A stretch of DNA of 64,000 nucleotides. Source: Azolla caroliniana. Lineage: Eukaryota > Plantae > Polypodiophyta. The notes under the pieces are model-generated. The model was not told the origin of the DNA. It saw only the letters and a list, made by a program, of their open reading frames with translations, and ran no database searches. The translations under genes were made by a program, and so were the position numbers. Position 1 is the first letter of the stretch; each line of letters opens with the position of its first letter. The stretch covers positions 18,228,001-18,292,000 of the forward strand of contig JBHGNT010000010.1 in the NCBI GenBank assembly GCA_043228905.1. The letters are read 5' to 3'. Shown one piece after another: positions 51,601-62,395 of this stretch.

Positions 51601-52726
51601 GAGCCTTTACGGACTGAAGCAGGCTCCCCGGCAATGGTACCGGAAGTTCGACTCCTTCATGACCGACGAAGGGTACCTCAAAACGCAGTCCGACCACTGC
51701 GTGTTTGTGAAGAAGTTCGAAGGAGGAGACTCTCTAATACTCCTCCTGTACGTGGACGACATGTTGATCGTCGGACGGGACCAGGTCAAGATACGGATGC
51801 TGAAGAAGGCTCTTCACCGAACCTTCTCAATGAAGGACCTGGGTCCGGCGAGGCAAATACTAGGGATGCACATCATCCGGGACCGGAAGAAGAAGCAGTT
51901 GTGGCTGTCACAGGAGAAGTACGTGACGAAGGTGCTTCACCGGTTCAACATGTCGGAAGCAAGACCGGTCGGATCGACCCTCCCGACAAACTGCAAGCTG
52001 TCCAGCAAGCAAAGTCCCAAGACGAAGGCGGAAAAGGAGGATATGATGAAAGTGCCGTATGCCTCAGCCGTCGGGAGCTTGATGTACGCCATGGTGTGTA
52101 CGAGACCGGACATCGGATATGCAGTCGGAGTGGTGAGCCGGTACATGAGCAATCCCGGCAAAGAGCATTGGAACGCGGCCAAGTGGATACTCCGATACCT
52201 GAAGGGCACAGCAAACGTGTGCCTCCGATTCGGCTCCGGAAAGCCCGAACTCGACGGCTTTACCGATTCGGATATGTCGGCTGATGCAGATACCAGCCGG
52301 TCCACATCAGGGTATGTGATGACGTATGCAGGGGGAGCTGTTTCATGGCAGTCGAGGCTGCAGAAGACGGTTGCGTTGTCAACCACGGAGGCGGAGTACA
52401 TGGCGGCTGTTGAAGCCGGCAAGGAAATAATATGGATGAAGGACTTCATTAGAGAGCTCGGTATCCGACAGGAGGAGTACCGACTCTACTGCGACAGTCA
52501 GAGTGCAATCCACCTTGCGAAGAACGCGGCCTATCACTCCCGGACGAAGCACATCCAGCGAAGATATCACTGGATCCGGGAAAGGATAGAAGACAAGGAG
52601 TTCGTGCTGACAAAGATCCACACGGACGAGAACGGGTCGGATATGCTGACCAAGGTCCTCACACCCGACAAGCTGGAAGCATGCCGGAAGAGGATCGGAT
52701 TGGAGAGACATCCCATGCCGAAGTGA
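48653..52726 (+). CDS. Copia gag-pol polyprotein, 1357 aa from the first ATG after the PBS
   Basis: Zinc knuckle CFHCGKPGHFRKNC; protease WVVDSGAS; LWHKRLCH...CTDC; integrase LVHTD/FIDD/RADNGGEY/NGLAERMN; [19 protein letters not shown]; RNase H FTDSD/EAEY/CDSQSA/SDMLTK. Confidence 0.97.
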   Translation: MEGGGSGQPMMMVLNAQNYADWKIKMEDLLIVRDLYEPIDRSEIPKGVLESEWKLLNRKAVATIRQYVDVSVLQHVANDTNAYEMWKKLSGLYERKNALNRTSLMRKIVNLKYRDGESMVEHVSTFMGFVNQLAAIKFPLEDAMQAIILMCTLPDSWENLVVTLSTSCTEDNLSLQTVKTSILNEEARRRDKEPASDPKALLTESDRGRQWNRSPQRREKSGTRSQSRGRPTCFHCGKPGHFRKNCRHYRKDNGADDTDSKKSPERNGAYRGATDRRGPDRRGQDRKGTTALAASEEEIMLITEERELNLAGEEMTWVVDSGASFHLTPERRYFSSYTAGEHGCVRMGNEGTCRIAGIGDVWLTTPTGCKMLLKNVRHVPEVRLNLISAGRLDDEGYTGSIRNGVMKFSKGSLIVARARKVNTLYLMNSRLCPEELNVAADTAGELWHKRLCHMSEKGMKRLVEDNLIPVKHVHLEKCTDCLAGKQNRTSFHSRPPTRRSAPLELVHTDVCQVETKSHGGAQYFVTFIDDHSRKLWTAPLKTKDQVLCVFKELHARVERESGKKLKAIRADNGGEYRGQFQEYCRSKGIRLEFTVPKTPELNGLAERMNRTIMERVRSMLAHAKLPKGFWAEAMSTATYVINRSPSVPLDGDTPQRVWTGREVSYRHLKVFGCLAYVHVAKDRRGKLHPKTRPCIFLGYGDDEFGYRVWDPVDKKIFRSRDIIFMENKTLADWESEKKMKSSKSTGEDQLYEEQSQPARDRLALEDPAEDGEETEPAEEDENDTGTGPDPEMDSDEEESEEPVTEAPERRYPLRERRAPRRFPEPEHVLLTDEGEPESFEEAKHDTQSRRWLSAMQDEMDSLHENHTYELVELPKGKRALRNKWVFKLKPGDAGNPPRYKARIVVKGFQQKKGVDFDEIFAPVVKMTSIRTVLSIAASMDLEVEQMDVKTAFLHGDLEEEIYMQQPEGFEKKGKEHLVCRLKKSLYGLKQAPRQWYRKFDSFMTDEGYLKTQSDHCVFVKKFEGGDSLILLLYVDDMLIVGRDQVKIRMLKKALHRTFSMKDLGPARQILGMHIIRDRKKKQLWLSQEKYVTKVLHRFNMSEARPVGSTLPTNCKLSSKQSPKTKAEKEDMMKVPYASAVGSLMYAMVCTRPDIGYAVGVVSRYMSNPGKEHWNAAKWILRYLKGTANVCLRFGSGKPELDGFTDSDMSADADTSRSTSGYVMTYAGGAVSWQSRLQKTVALSTTEAEYMAAVEAGKEIIWMKDFIRELGIRQEEYRLYCDSQSAIHLAKNAAYHSRTKHIQRRYHWIRERIEDKEFVLTKIHTDENGSDMLTKVLTPDKLEACRKRIGLERHPMPK

Positions 52727-52736
52727 AGGGGGAGTT

Positions 52737-53388
52737 TGTTGGGATTACGGTCCCTCCGGATGGGATGTCCGGAGATGAATGACGGCAAGCCCGGAGACCG
52801 TTACGGAGCCGGATGATGAAGAGTACCCGGCTACGGAGCCGGATGATGAAGACCCCGGCTACGGAGCCGGATGATGAAGACCCCGGCTACGGAGCCGGAT
52901 GATGTATGTACCCGGAGCGAGATCCGGATGCGGGGACATATTTGTGAATATGTTTGCCAAGGGCCCTTGAGGCTATATTTGTAAATAGCCCGAAAGTCAT
53001 ATACGTATAAATATGACTTAGGGCAAACAGTTTTACTGTTGTTGCTCATTTTCTGTTTTCACTTTTAGAGGGAGCGAAGTGAGAGCAGCCGCGAGAGAAA
53101 GAGAGAAAGAGAGAGAGAAACAAAGAGGTCGACGCCTCTGTGTAATACCGCCGCCTGTGGCGAGGACAGCGAGCTCAAGGTCGTCGCCTTGCAGCTCGCC
53201 ATTGTATATTCCAGTGTATAGTGGTAGTTGGAGTCGTGCACTCCCGTGGTTTTTCCCGTTTAGGGTTTTCCACGTTAATCCCTGTGTATCGCGTCTTTCT
53301 CTGTATTTCCTATTTTCTGCTACATTGATGCGCGATTACTCGGTTGTGGCCGAGCGGTGAAGGTGAATCCGAGCGGTGATTACCAACA
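52737..53388 (+). repeat. 3' LTR (652 bp) with four U3 repeats
   Basis: Reads identical to the 5' LTR by eye, except for one missing 30-bp unit. Confidence 0.95.
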
Positions 53389-55399
53389 CTCATGACATTT
53401 ATGCTCAACTGCTCATAATATATCCTATTCTCTACTTAACAAAGTTTCCCATAATATATACTTCTTATGAGGTGAACATGCCCCTCTCACATTCCATGTT
53501 ACCACTTTCATTCAATCAACAAAGTTATGGGTGCACTTGCTCCTTTAGAGCAACCGATGTCGGGAAACTAGTCAAAGCATGTTCCAATGCTGCATATGGA
53601 TTTTCATGCACCACATCCTTAGGGCCATCTATCGAAATCTTTTGTTTAGGTCCTCATGCTTGACGAAAACCTCGAGAATTCGATGAATTTACAACTCGTC
53701 CCAATGAATCAAATTGAAGTTGAAGGGGTAATCCCTTATCCCTAAATTTTTATTGTCAAGGAACTTTTTGAGGACCCTCCTAAGTTCCTGAATTACCTTG
53801 CCAAGTAGTCTCATGAGTAGTGGGTAGACTATTACATTGCATATTCATTAATCTCCCCTTCGATTTGACCTTTACATGATGCCAATCTTTATCGACAACA
53901 ACATCAATACCAATCATATCCAATGGTTTCCCCCCCTTATCTTTAAGCACTAACCTTTGATTTTCCATGCCCATAGATTGAGTTCCCTTATTCTTATGGC
54001 CCAAACCTTGAAGTGAGGCCTCTTTATCACCAATTCTAGAAGATGTTCCTTCATCCATAAGAACCACAATATCTGACACTCCAACATCTCTCTCAACTCC
54101 TTCCTTACCATTCCCTTCATTAGGAACCTCCAATGTTGAAGGACAATGACGCTGGCATTCCGCCATAAAGTAACCCCATTCACCACATGCAAAACAATGA
54201 CTTGCAAATGTTTCCCACTTCAATTTAAAACAGAGTCTTTTCATACCAGGTGTGTTCATACACACCCATACTGGCCTACACTTATTTGTAGCATTCACAT
54301 GTGGAGATACCAACACTTTACCCATTTGACTCATCAACTCTGGTAAAAGTGGCCATAAAAATGCATGCCTACAATCCACTGTTACCCAAACAGGACATTC
54401 TTGTTTCAACAAAGCATGATAGTCCACTACGGGGGACCATTGCATTACGTGCACTAATCATTTATCAAAAAACACAGGAACTTTAGGCAACAATGCACTT
54501 CGATGTTCACGAGAATGAAATACTACATCATAACACCCTCGTGGTCCTGCATATATATTCTCAACACAATTCGGTGACACGATTGTGTTCAACCATTGTT
54601 TTAATCCAATTTATGTATGGGAGTTTCCCGGTAAAAAATAATATAACCGCACGGTCATAGAAGACATCAAAAGATTGCAGCACTACCTTAGCATCAACTT
54701 CCACATCATGCACATCCTCATCAATGCATTCTTTTGCTGCATTTTCATTTTCTTCTGCAATATCAGAGAACAAGGTATTGGCAATTCCCCATAAATTATC
54801 CCAATTAAGATGATCCTTGTCAACTTCATCTACATGTATTGCTTCGGCATATGTCAATTTCTTCTCATTCATTTCCTGAATACCTTTAAACCTCTTAGAG
54901 CTTCCAAATTCTTCCCTTACATGATTACATTCAATCATTACATTACTCTTTATTGGATCGATGGTGCCCATATTGATGTCCCCCACAATTTGTGAGGATT
55001 CATGTTTATATCCATTATTCTTGATGTGATATCGATCCAGGCTACAAAAAATTTTCCATGAACAAGAGAGAAAACCAAAACTCACATGATTGAAGATATC
55101 AAAGATGAAGAAGACAATTGGAAGGTCGCAATGCGTTTTGAATATGTGTATGCCAACAACACACGATTCTTAATTTCTATCGATGCTTCCAGTAAAGAAC
55201 ACCAAATTAAACTTGCTATATCTCGTTACAAAGCTCTAATCGAGGCTTTCCAACGCTTGTCTTTATGCCAAATTCTGTTTCCGATAGAGGTCTCATAGGT
55301 CATATTTGACCTCCGAAGACGATAATATAATCTATCTATCTATCTCTCATTGGTTTGCTATGTCCCACAGGTATATTGTATAATCATTCTCTCATGAAT

Positions 55400-56430
55400 G
55401 TTAAAAAGATATCTACCTCATTCCCTCTTCATATTAGGGGTTATATCATAATGTACCAACAACCATCTAAACAAGACAACTTTTCTAGGAATTTCCATGG
55501 CCCATAGCCATTTCCAATAAGCATTTAACCAAGAGTGTCGTACATTACCCAAGTTCCAAAATTTACATGTTATTGGCGTAACAGCCACACGCCTCCTTAG
55601 CAATTCTCTACCCATTTTTACCGAGTACTAAAAAAATGGGATTTGCTTGCCTAACATTCCTTGTGGTAATATGCTTTGCCATTTCCATTCATTGGGATCC
55701 CACAAAAGTTTGTCAATAGGCTTATTCTCGTAGACCCACAATTCAGATAAATTGTTTATATCATTTGGGTGTGGATTCAACATCCATTTTTTATCATTTT
55801 TCCACAATATACGAACAGGCAACATACTCCCTTGAGATACAACTTCGTCTTCCATAACGATAGAATGAAGCCGTCCAGACCACAAAACATCGAAATATAG
55901 ACAGTCATGAGAGTTTTTATAAGCTTTGCCCCCCACAAGACATGTAAAGAGGAAAACATACCATACCAAAATAGACCACTTTGAGAAGGCTGAAAGGAAT
56001 GCATTGTAAACACTCTATCGATTTCTGTATACATAATGTTTCCACCCCAAATTGTGCGACAAATCTGGGTTTTGTTTTCAATCGACGAAGAAGAAAAATA
56101 CAGCCAATTCCTTACCGATCCAGCTTCTCCTCTATCAAAATCAACCCATTTCAACCTAGTTCTTTTCCCTAACATTCCCCCCTCCTCCGATAGAAATAAT
56201 GGGTTCATTATGAGGGGTTGTCGCAACCATTCCTCCATACATGATGGTAGAGATTGGACCAAGTTATGTTTCAAATCCCAGCATGCCTTCATGATACCCC
56301 TAAAAAACTTATCCTGTCGAAAAATATCAAGGGAATGATTAAAATATCTTAAAAACCACCATCTAATACTATCTTGCCAGTTGCCACCTGTAGAAGGCAT
56401 AACCTTAACCATTCTGTGCCTTAAGATTTG
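55400..56430 (-). pseudogene. Degenerate LINE ORF2 C-terminal fragment
   Basis: WLRQPLIMNPLF...ELWVYENKPIDKLLWDPNEWKW...IPFF...YWKWLW...RKVVLFRWLLVH, homologous to 13369-14936. Confidence 0.78.
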
Positions 56431-57095
56431 ATATCTGAGGGCAATATTAAAATCTACATCTCGTTCTCTTCCTTAAACTTTCTTTGCAAAACACCTAAAG
56501 GGAACAACCCTTCAATTGTGATTTTCATATGTCACTTATCTATGCGGGCCCTAATTCAGAGCAATTTCAAAGTTAACTTCTATATTTCAACAAGAAAATA
56601 TAGAATTTGGGGAAATTCATAAAATATGCTTCTTATGTCTCCTATTTTGTATGCGTGAACTTTCTTTTATGTATATCTATCAATATGTTGGGTGCTCCTT
56701 TAACAAGGCATCTTATCATTATGCTTAAGGACTTATAAAAATATGTTTCTCGTTCAACATTGTGAAAAAGTATTGCCTTATATTTCCCAAAATTAAGTTG
56801 GATTCACACTAGGACATCCATGACAAGTTGACAAGTATGTAGGCATCTAGAGGAATGTTATTCAAATTTATTTATTAGGGGTTGGATTCTCCACGAAAAG
56901 TGAACACTCCTTTTTAAATTCATTGTTTCTCACATCACACACATCCGATTCCAATTGCATATGGTAGTTTTGATAGTCATAATCACGATTCACAATTCAA
57001 TCTTTTACCAAAATACTCCATAATCACATCCATTCACTCTTTTGTGTGTTATGCAATCGCATAAAACCTTCATCAAACTAAGTCTACATTCCACA

Positions 57096-57201
57096 ATGGA
57101 AACCACAGGGTCATGGGTTCAACCTTTACATTCCACGATGGCATCTAGAATTAAGAGATATATATGGAGTAATAGAGCGGTGAGAAAATTGGGTTTCGAA
57201 C
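57096..57201. mobile_element. SINE-like repeat with convergent B-boxes, copy 3 (partial)
   Basis: ggttcaacc at 57116-57124 and gggtttcgaac at 57191-57201, with the same spacer as copies 1 and 2. Confidence 0.6.
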
Positions 57202-57231
57202 AAGAGAGAGAGAGAGAGAGAGAGCATTTCC

Positions 57232-60200
57232 AATATTCAACGATTTACACGATATTACGGAATTTATCACGCATCCATCCGTAAACAAAAGATGAGTTTA
57301 TTACAACACTTTCTAAACAGATGTAATGCATTATTGGTCAAAATTCCATTTGATGATGTGTTGTTGGATATTCAAGAGACATTGTCACAAGCCTTACAAG
57401 TATTCAAGGTTCGTAGTTATCAACAATCACAGGTGATGGCTATGAAAAATAAAGTACATGATCACAACTGTAATTCACATAAGTTTTACCATGGGTTGCA
57501 TGCATCTCATGCTAGAATGAAGGTGGCAAGTGTAGAGATTGATGGAACTTTGAATACAAAAACCCACAAGTGATTATTGATAAATGTGTTAAACATTTCA
57601 CGAATCTTTTTGGGCAGGATTGTATTCTGAATGATGACATAACCCAAGCGCGATTGATGTTATTTAACTCGGTGAAGACAACATGTCATGATTGCATTGG
57701 AGGAGGATATAAAGGAGGTGGTGGGGGAATTTGTATTGTCACATCTTGCAGTTGATAAAAGTCTAAGTTGGGATGGCATTATGAATGAGTTTTTTAAAGT
57801 CTTTGTACTAGAACTCAAAGGCCCTTTGACAATGATATTCCAAGAAGTGCGGAGTTATGGTAAAATGCCTGATTCATGGAAAGTTGGTCTTGTTAAACTT
57901 ATACCAAAAGTTGCATCTCCTATGTCTTTTGCTCAATGGAGACCAATATCATTAATGGGTGGGATGTATAAGATGTTTGCCAAAGTAACTGCAAATAGAC
58001 TTCAAAAGTTATTGTCGTTTGTGGTCCATCCAATGCAATATGGGTTTATTGAGGGAAGGGACATCCTGCATAATATTTTGAATGTGCAAATGGCAGTGCA
58101 TTATGCAAAGGAATCCAAACAACAAATTGTAATGATACAACTAGACATCGAGAAGGCATATGATCATGTAATTTGGTCTTTTATTACTCAACTTATGTCT
58201 CATATGGGCATTGGGGAAAGGATGTCTTGAATATCGTTGTTGGTGGGATTAGGTGTAGTGTCACACATTATGTTAAATGGTGGAGGTACTAAGGCGATAC
58301 CATTGAAAAGATCACTTAGACAAGGATGCCCATTGAGTCCATTATTATTTGCAATGGCTACACCCCCAATTTTGGTGAAGATGCATGAGTTGGCAACATG
58401 TGGGAAAATAGTTGGATTAGCTCTACCATTAGGGAAACAATTGATCGCTCAAGCATTGGCTGATGATTCGTTTTTATTTCTCAAAGCGGCACCTAATAAT
58501 ATAGCTAAAGTCGTGGAGGTGTGGAATATGTTCGCATTGGCGTCAGGATTACATATAAATATGTGGAAGTCGATGCTCATTAGATGCATTGAGAGTGATT
58601 TGGTTGATCTTGGATGCGGTGGCCAAATATTAGATCAAGGGAATGTGTGTCAGCACTTAGGTTACCCTATTGGTGTTGATATCTCATCATTGCAAAGTTT
58701 GAATTGGATATTGGGAACCATTTTGGACAAATTTATGTATTGAAAGTCTCAAGCATGGTCGTTTAGTACTCGTCTCAAAGTGGTACAAGCTATAATGATT
58801 CCAATGATTTCTTATTTTTTACCATTGTTATCATGGACAAAGTTATCACTTGATCATTTAGCTCGCTCACTTAAATATACACTATGGAGAAAGAAACAAA
58901 CCTTGGTATGAGTTGGGTATCATAGAACAATATTTGTACCCCAAAACGATTAAGGGGCGTTGCTTTACTAAATTTAGAAGATCATATGGTGGCTCGAAGA
59001 TTCAACCTTTTGAAAGGTATGTGCATAGGTACCCAACCTTGGACAAAAATAATTAGTTATTTTTTGGAAAAGGTTGGTATATACCATGGGAAAACAAGAA
59101 TTACATTTTTGGGGTGCCATGGTACCCGGTCATTTAAATGTTCAGAATCTATTATGATTCAACAATTGGTGCTTTCTTGGCACCAATGTTTGAATTTGTT
59201 TAATACGAGGCCTCCTGAGTGCAGAAAAGATATAAATTCATTGGCAGCAAAGGTGTTGGCAGCTTCAAGGATATTACACTAGGATGGAAAAGAAAGTCTA
59301 AATTCACAGTTCAATCGAATGACAAGGCTAGGCTTGGTAAATGTGGAAGATGGTATCTTAGATTCACGTAGGAAAATGATGGCATTTCAGACAATCAGAA
59401 ATAAGTTTCATATACCACATGGATATGGGTATATTTGGCAATTAATATTGGCATTGCCTAGATTAGTTTTCCCGATTCCAGAGTTGGTGGTCGAGGACCC
59501 ATGGAAAGATTGGTCATTTGGTATTGAGAAATCGATTTTTGTGGTGCACACTAATGATGTGTACCATAAGTTGGTTGAAGATAAAGCTTGGTTATCAAAT
59601 AAGGTTTTGGATACATGGTACATTACTCGACATGTAAAGTGGCGGCGTAGAGTTTTAGATGCAAGGTGGCAGTCTCATCTTCCATGCCATAGTTGGTGGG
59701 TTGCCTTTGGTGATGGCCTTAAAACGAAGACATATTTCGAATGGGGCATGTTTTTTTTGTATGGTGGTTGAAGGAGATGTCAGACACAGGTTCATTGCAT
59801 GTCCGGTCGCTAAAGCCATTTGGGTGATTATATCACAAATTTGGGCATCGATAACATGAAATATTTTGTCACCTTATAAGTGGGTTTTTATTGAATCAGA
59901 TGAGGATAAAGCTATGCACACACCATCATATAAGGTTGTTTTTTACTACCTTAGATATTGGGGGATGTGGTTTAATTGAACCATGAGAAATGGGTTCTTG
60001 TTTGATGACTTCATGGGGTAACACAACAACTCTGTAGGATGAAAGAGAAGTTGATTAGGCAATTTCCACAACTATGTTGTATGGGGACGTTGTCCCAAGA
60101 AGAGATGGACTTATGTCATCTAGTTTTACAACATTTGAGAGTGTTTCCCTTACACTATCACTATTTATGAAGCAGTGAAGATAGCAAGGGTTGTATTATC

Positions 60201-60243
60201 ATCTTGTTTTAATAACAAACATTGATTTACGAAAAAGAAAGAA
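57232..60243 (+). mobile_element. 5'-truncated degenerate L1-like LINE (RT to 3' end)
   Basis: 13-bp TSD agagagcatttcc at 57219-57231 and 60244-60256, with an A-rich tail. RT motifs WRPISL, LDIEKAYDHV, LRQGCPLSPLLF and LADD; zinc finger CFFC...HRFIAC. Confidence 0.9.
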
Positions 60244-61843
60244 AGAGAGCATTTCCTCTCGAGCAACAATTGACCCATTTCATTCATTCTAAATTATAAT
60301 AGATCACTACAAAACCCATTCTAGAAGACCATTCTCAATAATCCTTTTACACCAATATCATCGTTTAACCACCAAAAAAGGTCCCCTAAGACCACAAAAT
60401 ATATGTACGTAGAAGATACACAACTAAACAACACGGGTATTGAAGACCTTTTCTTGCCTTTTAAGAAACCACCTACCCCACGATATAATCACCCAACCAT
60501 GTCAGTTGGAACTCAATCATGTTGTGAAATCCCCTTTGGTTGGGATGTTGTCTTGTTCATGACAACAAGTGCCCTTAGATGTAATGATGTGGAAGAAACT
60601 TATTTTTGCTTATCTCCCCCACGAGAGCCTCTCTCTTTATGTATCCTTATATAGCAAGAAGACAAGTGCCACACATCTTTGATCATTGTACTTTATCACT
60701 CCTAGAGTTTTAAACTATTTATTTAACACCACCACCCCTCCTGTTCATGTTATAGTAAATCAAGGGCTACATCTTAACTAGGAATTTGACCACAAAATTC
60801 TAAAAGGGAGGGGCTAAAATAAATCAGGCAAGGGCACTTTATTGTGCACATAGGCCATGCCATCTAGACCATGGCATCATCTCCATCAAGCCATAATCAC
60901 TCAAAGCTAAAGGTGTTTTCCTCACTTTAGAGACATGTCTATCTTGGATAGGTCCATGTTGGAGATTTTCAAAATTTACAAGTTTCAATCGAGGTAAGCT
61001 CAAAATGTTGCGTACTCAACTCTAAGGTGATGCTATGATGTATGGGATCATTGACGGTAGATACTAGAGGCATCGAGGATGAATTGAATATTTTAAATGT
61101 CAAAATTTGAATATTGTAGTGTTAATGTTAAGCCTCAATGTTGGAACCAATACAAGGTAAAAATGCTAGAATGTATCTAACCACATCTCACTACTCGCAT
61201 TAGCATTGGCCCTTAGAGAGCCTTAACACTTCATCGATTTCACTCACATAAGTTAGATTTTGAGGTGGCATTGTGCCATCATCACAAGTATGAAGACATA
61301 CAAGGAATGCAATGTTGTGGAGAATAAATGTGAGTTACTTTGCGAGAAGTATGATGACTTGTTAGACAAGCATGATAATTTGCGTGTTATACCCAAATCT
61401 CCACCAAGAACAACGAGTACATGTATGCATGCATTATTTCAACATATAGTGATGTTACTACATAGTTTTCTATGTTTTATTGTTCTCCAATATGAGACAA
61501 CATCCGAATATTTGAATCTCTTGTTTTGTCGCATAGATCATTGTGATCTTTGTAACTAAATTTTAAATATTAATTGGACGATTAATGTTACTTTGACTTA
61601 ATTAGATAATAGGGGGGGATTTTGTAATTCTAAAAATGATTTACACATATTTTGGAATTTTGAGAAAGAATAAAAAACTTGTAAACCATATTCTTAATGA
61701 GACACTATATATTATTTCCTAGAAAGGCTCCAAAAGGCAAATGGTAAGTAAACAACCATTTCTCATTAATTGAAATCTAAATATATCCTAAGTGGTCTCC
61801 TTTTACCAAATGTTTATGTGAGCTATTTAACTATGGTCACACC

Positions 61844-62341
61844 TCAAGGGAGCTATGAAAATGCAGAGATTGATAGTTGAGGTAGTTGATAGGGTTCCAA
61901 TGGGGGATGTGCGAGAAGATGCATGGTTCGGTCTCTTTGATGAGGCTGGAATGGTTAAGTTGTTGAAGGGCATGAGTGGATCGGGAAGAGATACATTTTT
62001 TGGGGAGATGTTGAGCGGCAAGCTCAATCGGAGCCGGATCAGCTGAATAAGCCGGAGTCGGTAAGCGAGACGGATCGGGCGAAACGGATCGGTATGACGG
62101 TGAGCAACCGAACCGGCAAGCAGTGGAGGTCGGGTGCAATCCGTAACCGGCAGTCCAATCGGAAGCCTAGTACATGATAGACTACTAGGTAGCTATAGTC
62201 TCGTAGTAAGTGTCAGATGCTCGTGTGAGCATTGAAGTACATGGTACTTCTGTCAGTCCCAAGAGGACTTGTATAAATAGTGCTACTTAGCACAGTGTAT
62301 ATATAGAGTCTTGATATAATTTTGAAATTACGTTCTGCTCT

Positions 62342-62395
<54 letters not shown>

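Larger units (their letters stand above)
47942..53388 (+). mobile_element. Intact full-length Ty1/copia retrotransposon (Tnt1/Tork-like), 5447 bp
   Basis: TSD ctcat at 47937-47941 and 53389-53393. LTRs at 47942-48623 and 52737-53388 with TGTTGG...CCAACA ends. PBS TGGTATCAGAGC at 48627-48638 and PPT aagggggag just before 52737. One uninterrupted ORF. Confidence 0.98.
46150..55085 (-). mobile_element. Degenerate L1-like LINE (ORF1 plus endonuclease and RT), interrupted by a Copia insertion and 3'-truncated
   Basis: ORF1 remnants at 55085-53780 include a zinc knuckle-like HCFACGEWGYFMAEC. ORF2 starts at 53511 (MKVVTWNVRG, APE endonuclease) and resumes below 47941 (SRLDR, SNHFPI). RT motifs QYGFIAGRNI...LDLEKAYDHV and REGCHLA follow at ~46200. 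Confidence 0.85.

Noticed and set aside
48632-52788. Many antisense and alternate-frame ORFs inside the intact Copia
   Set aside because: Expected shadow ORFs of a GC-rich coding sequence, with no recognisable motifs.
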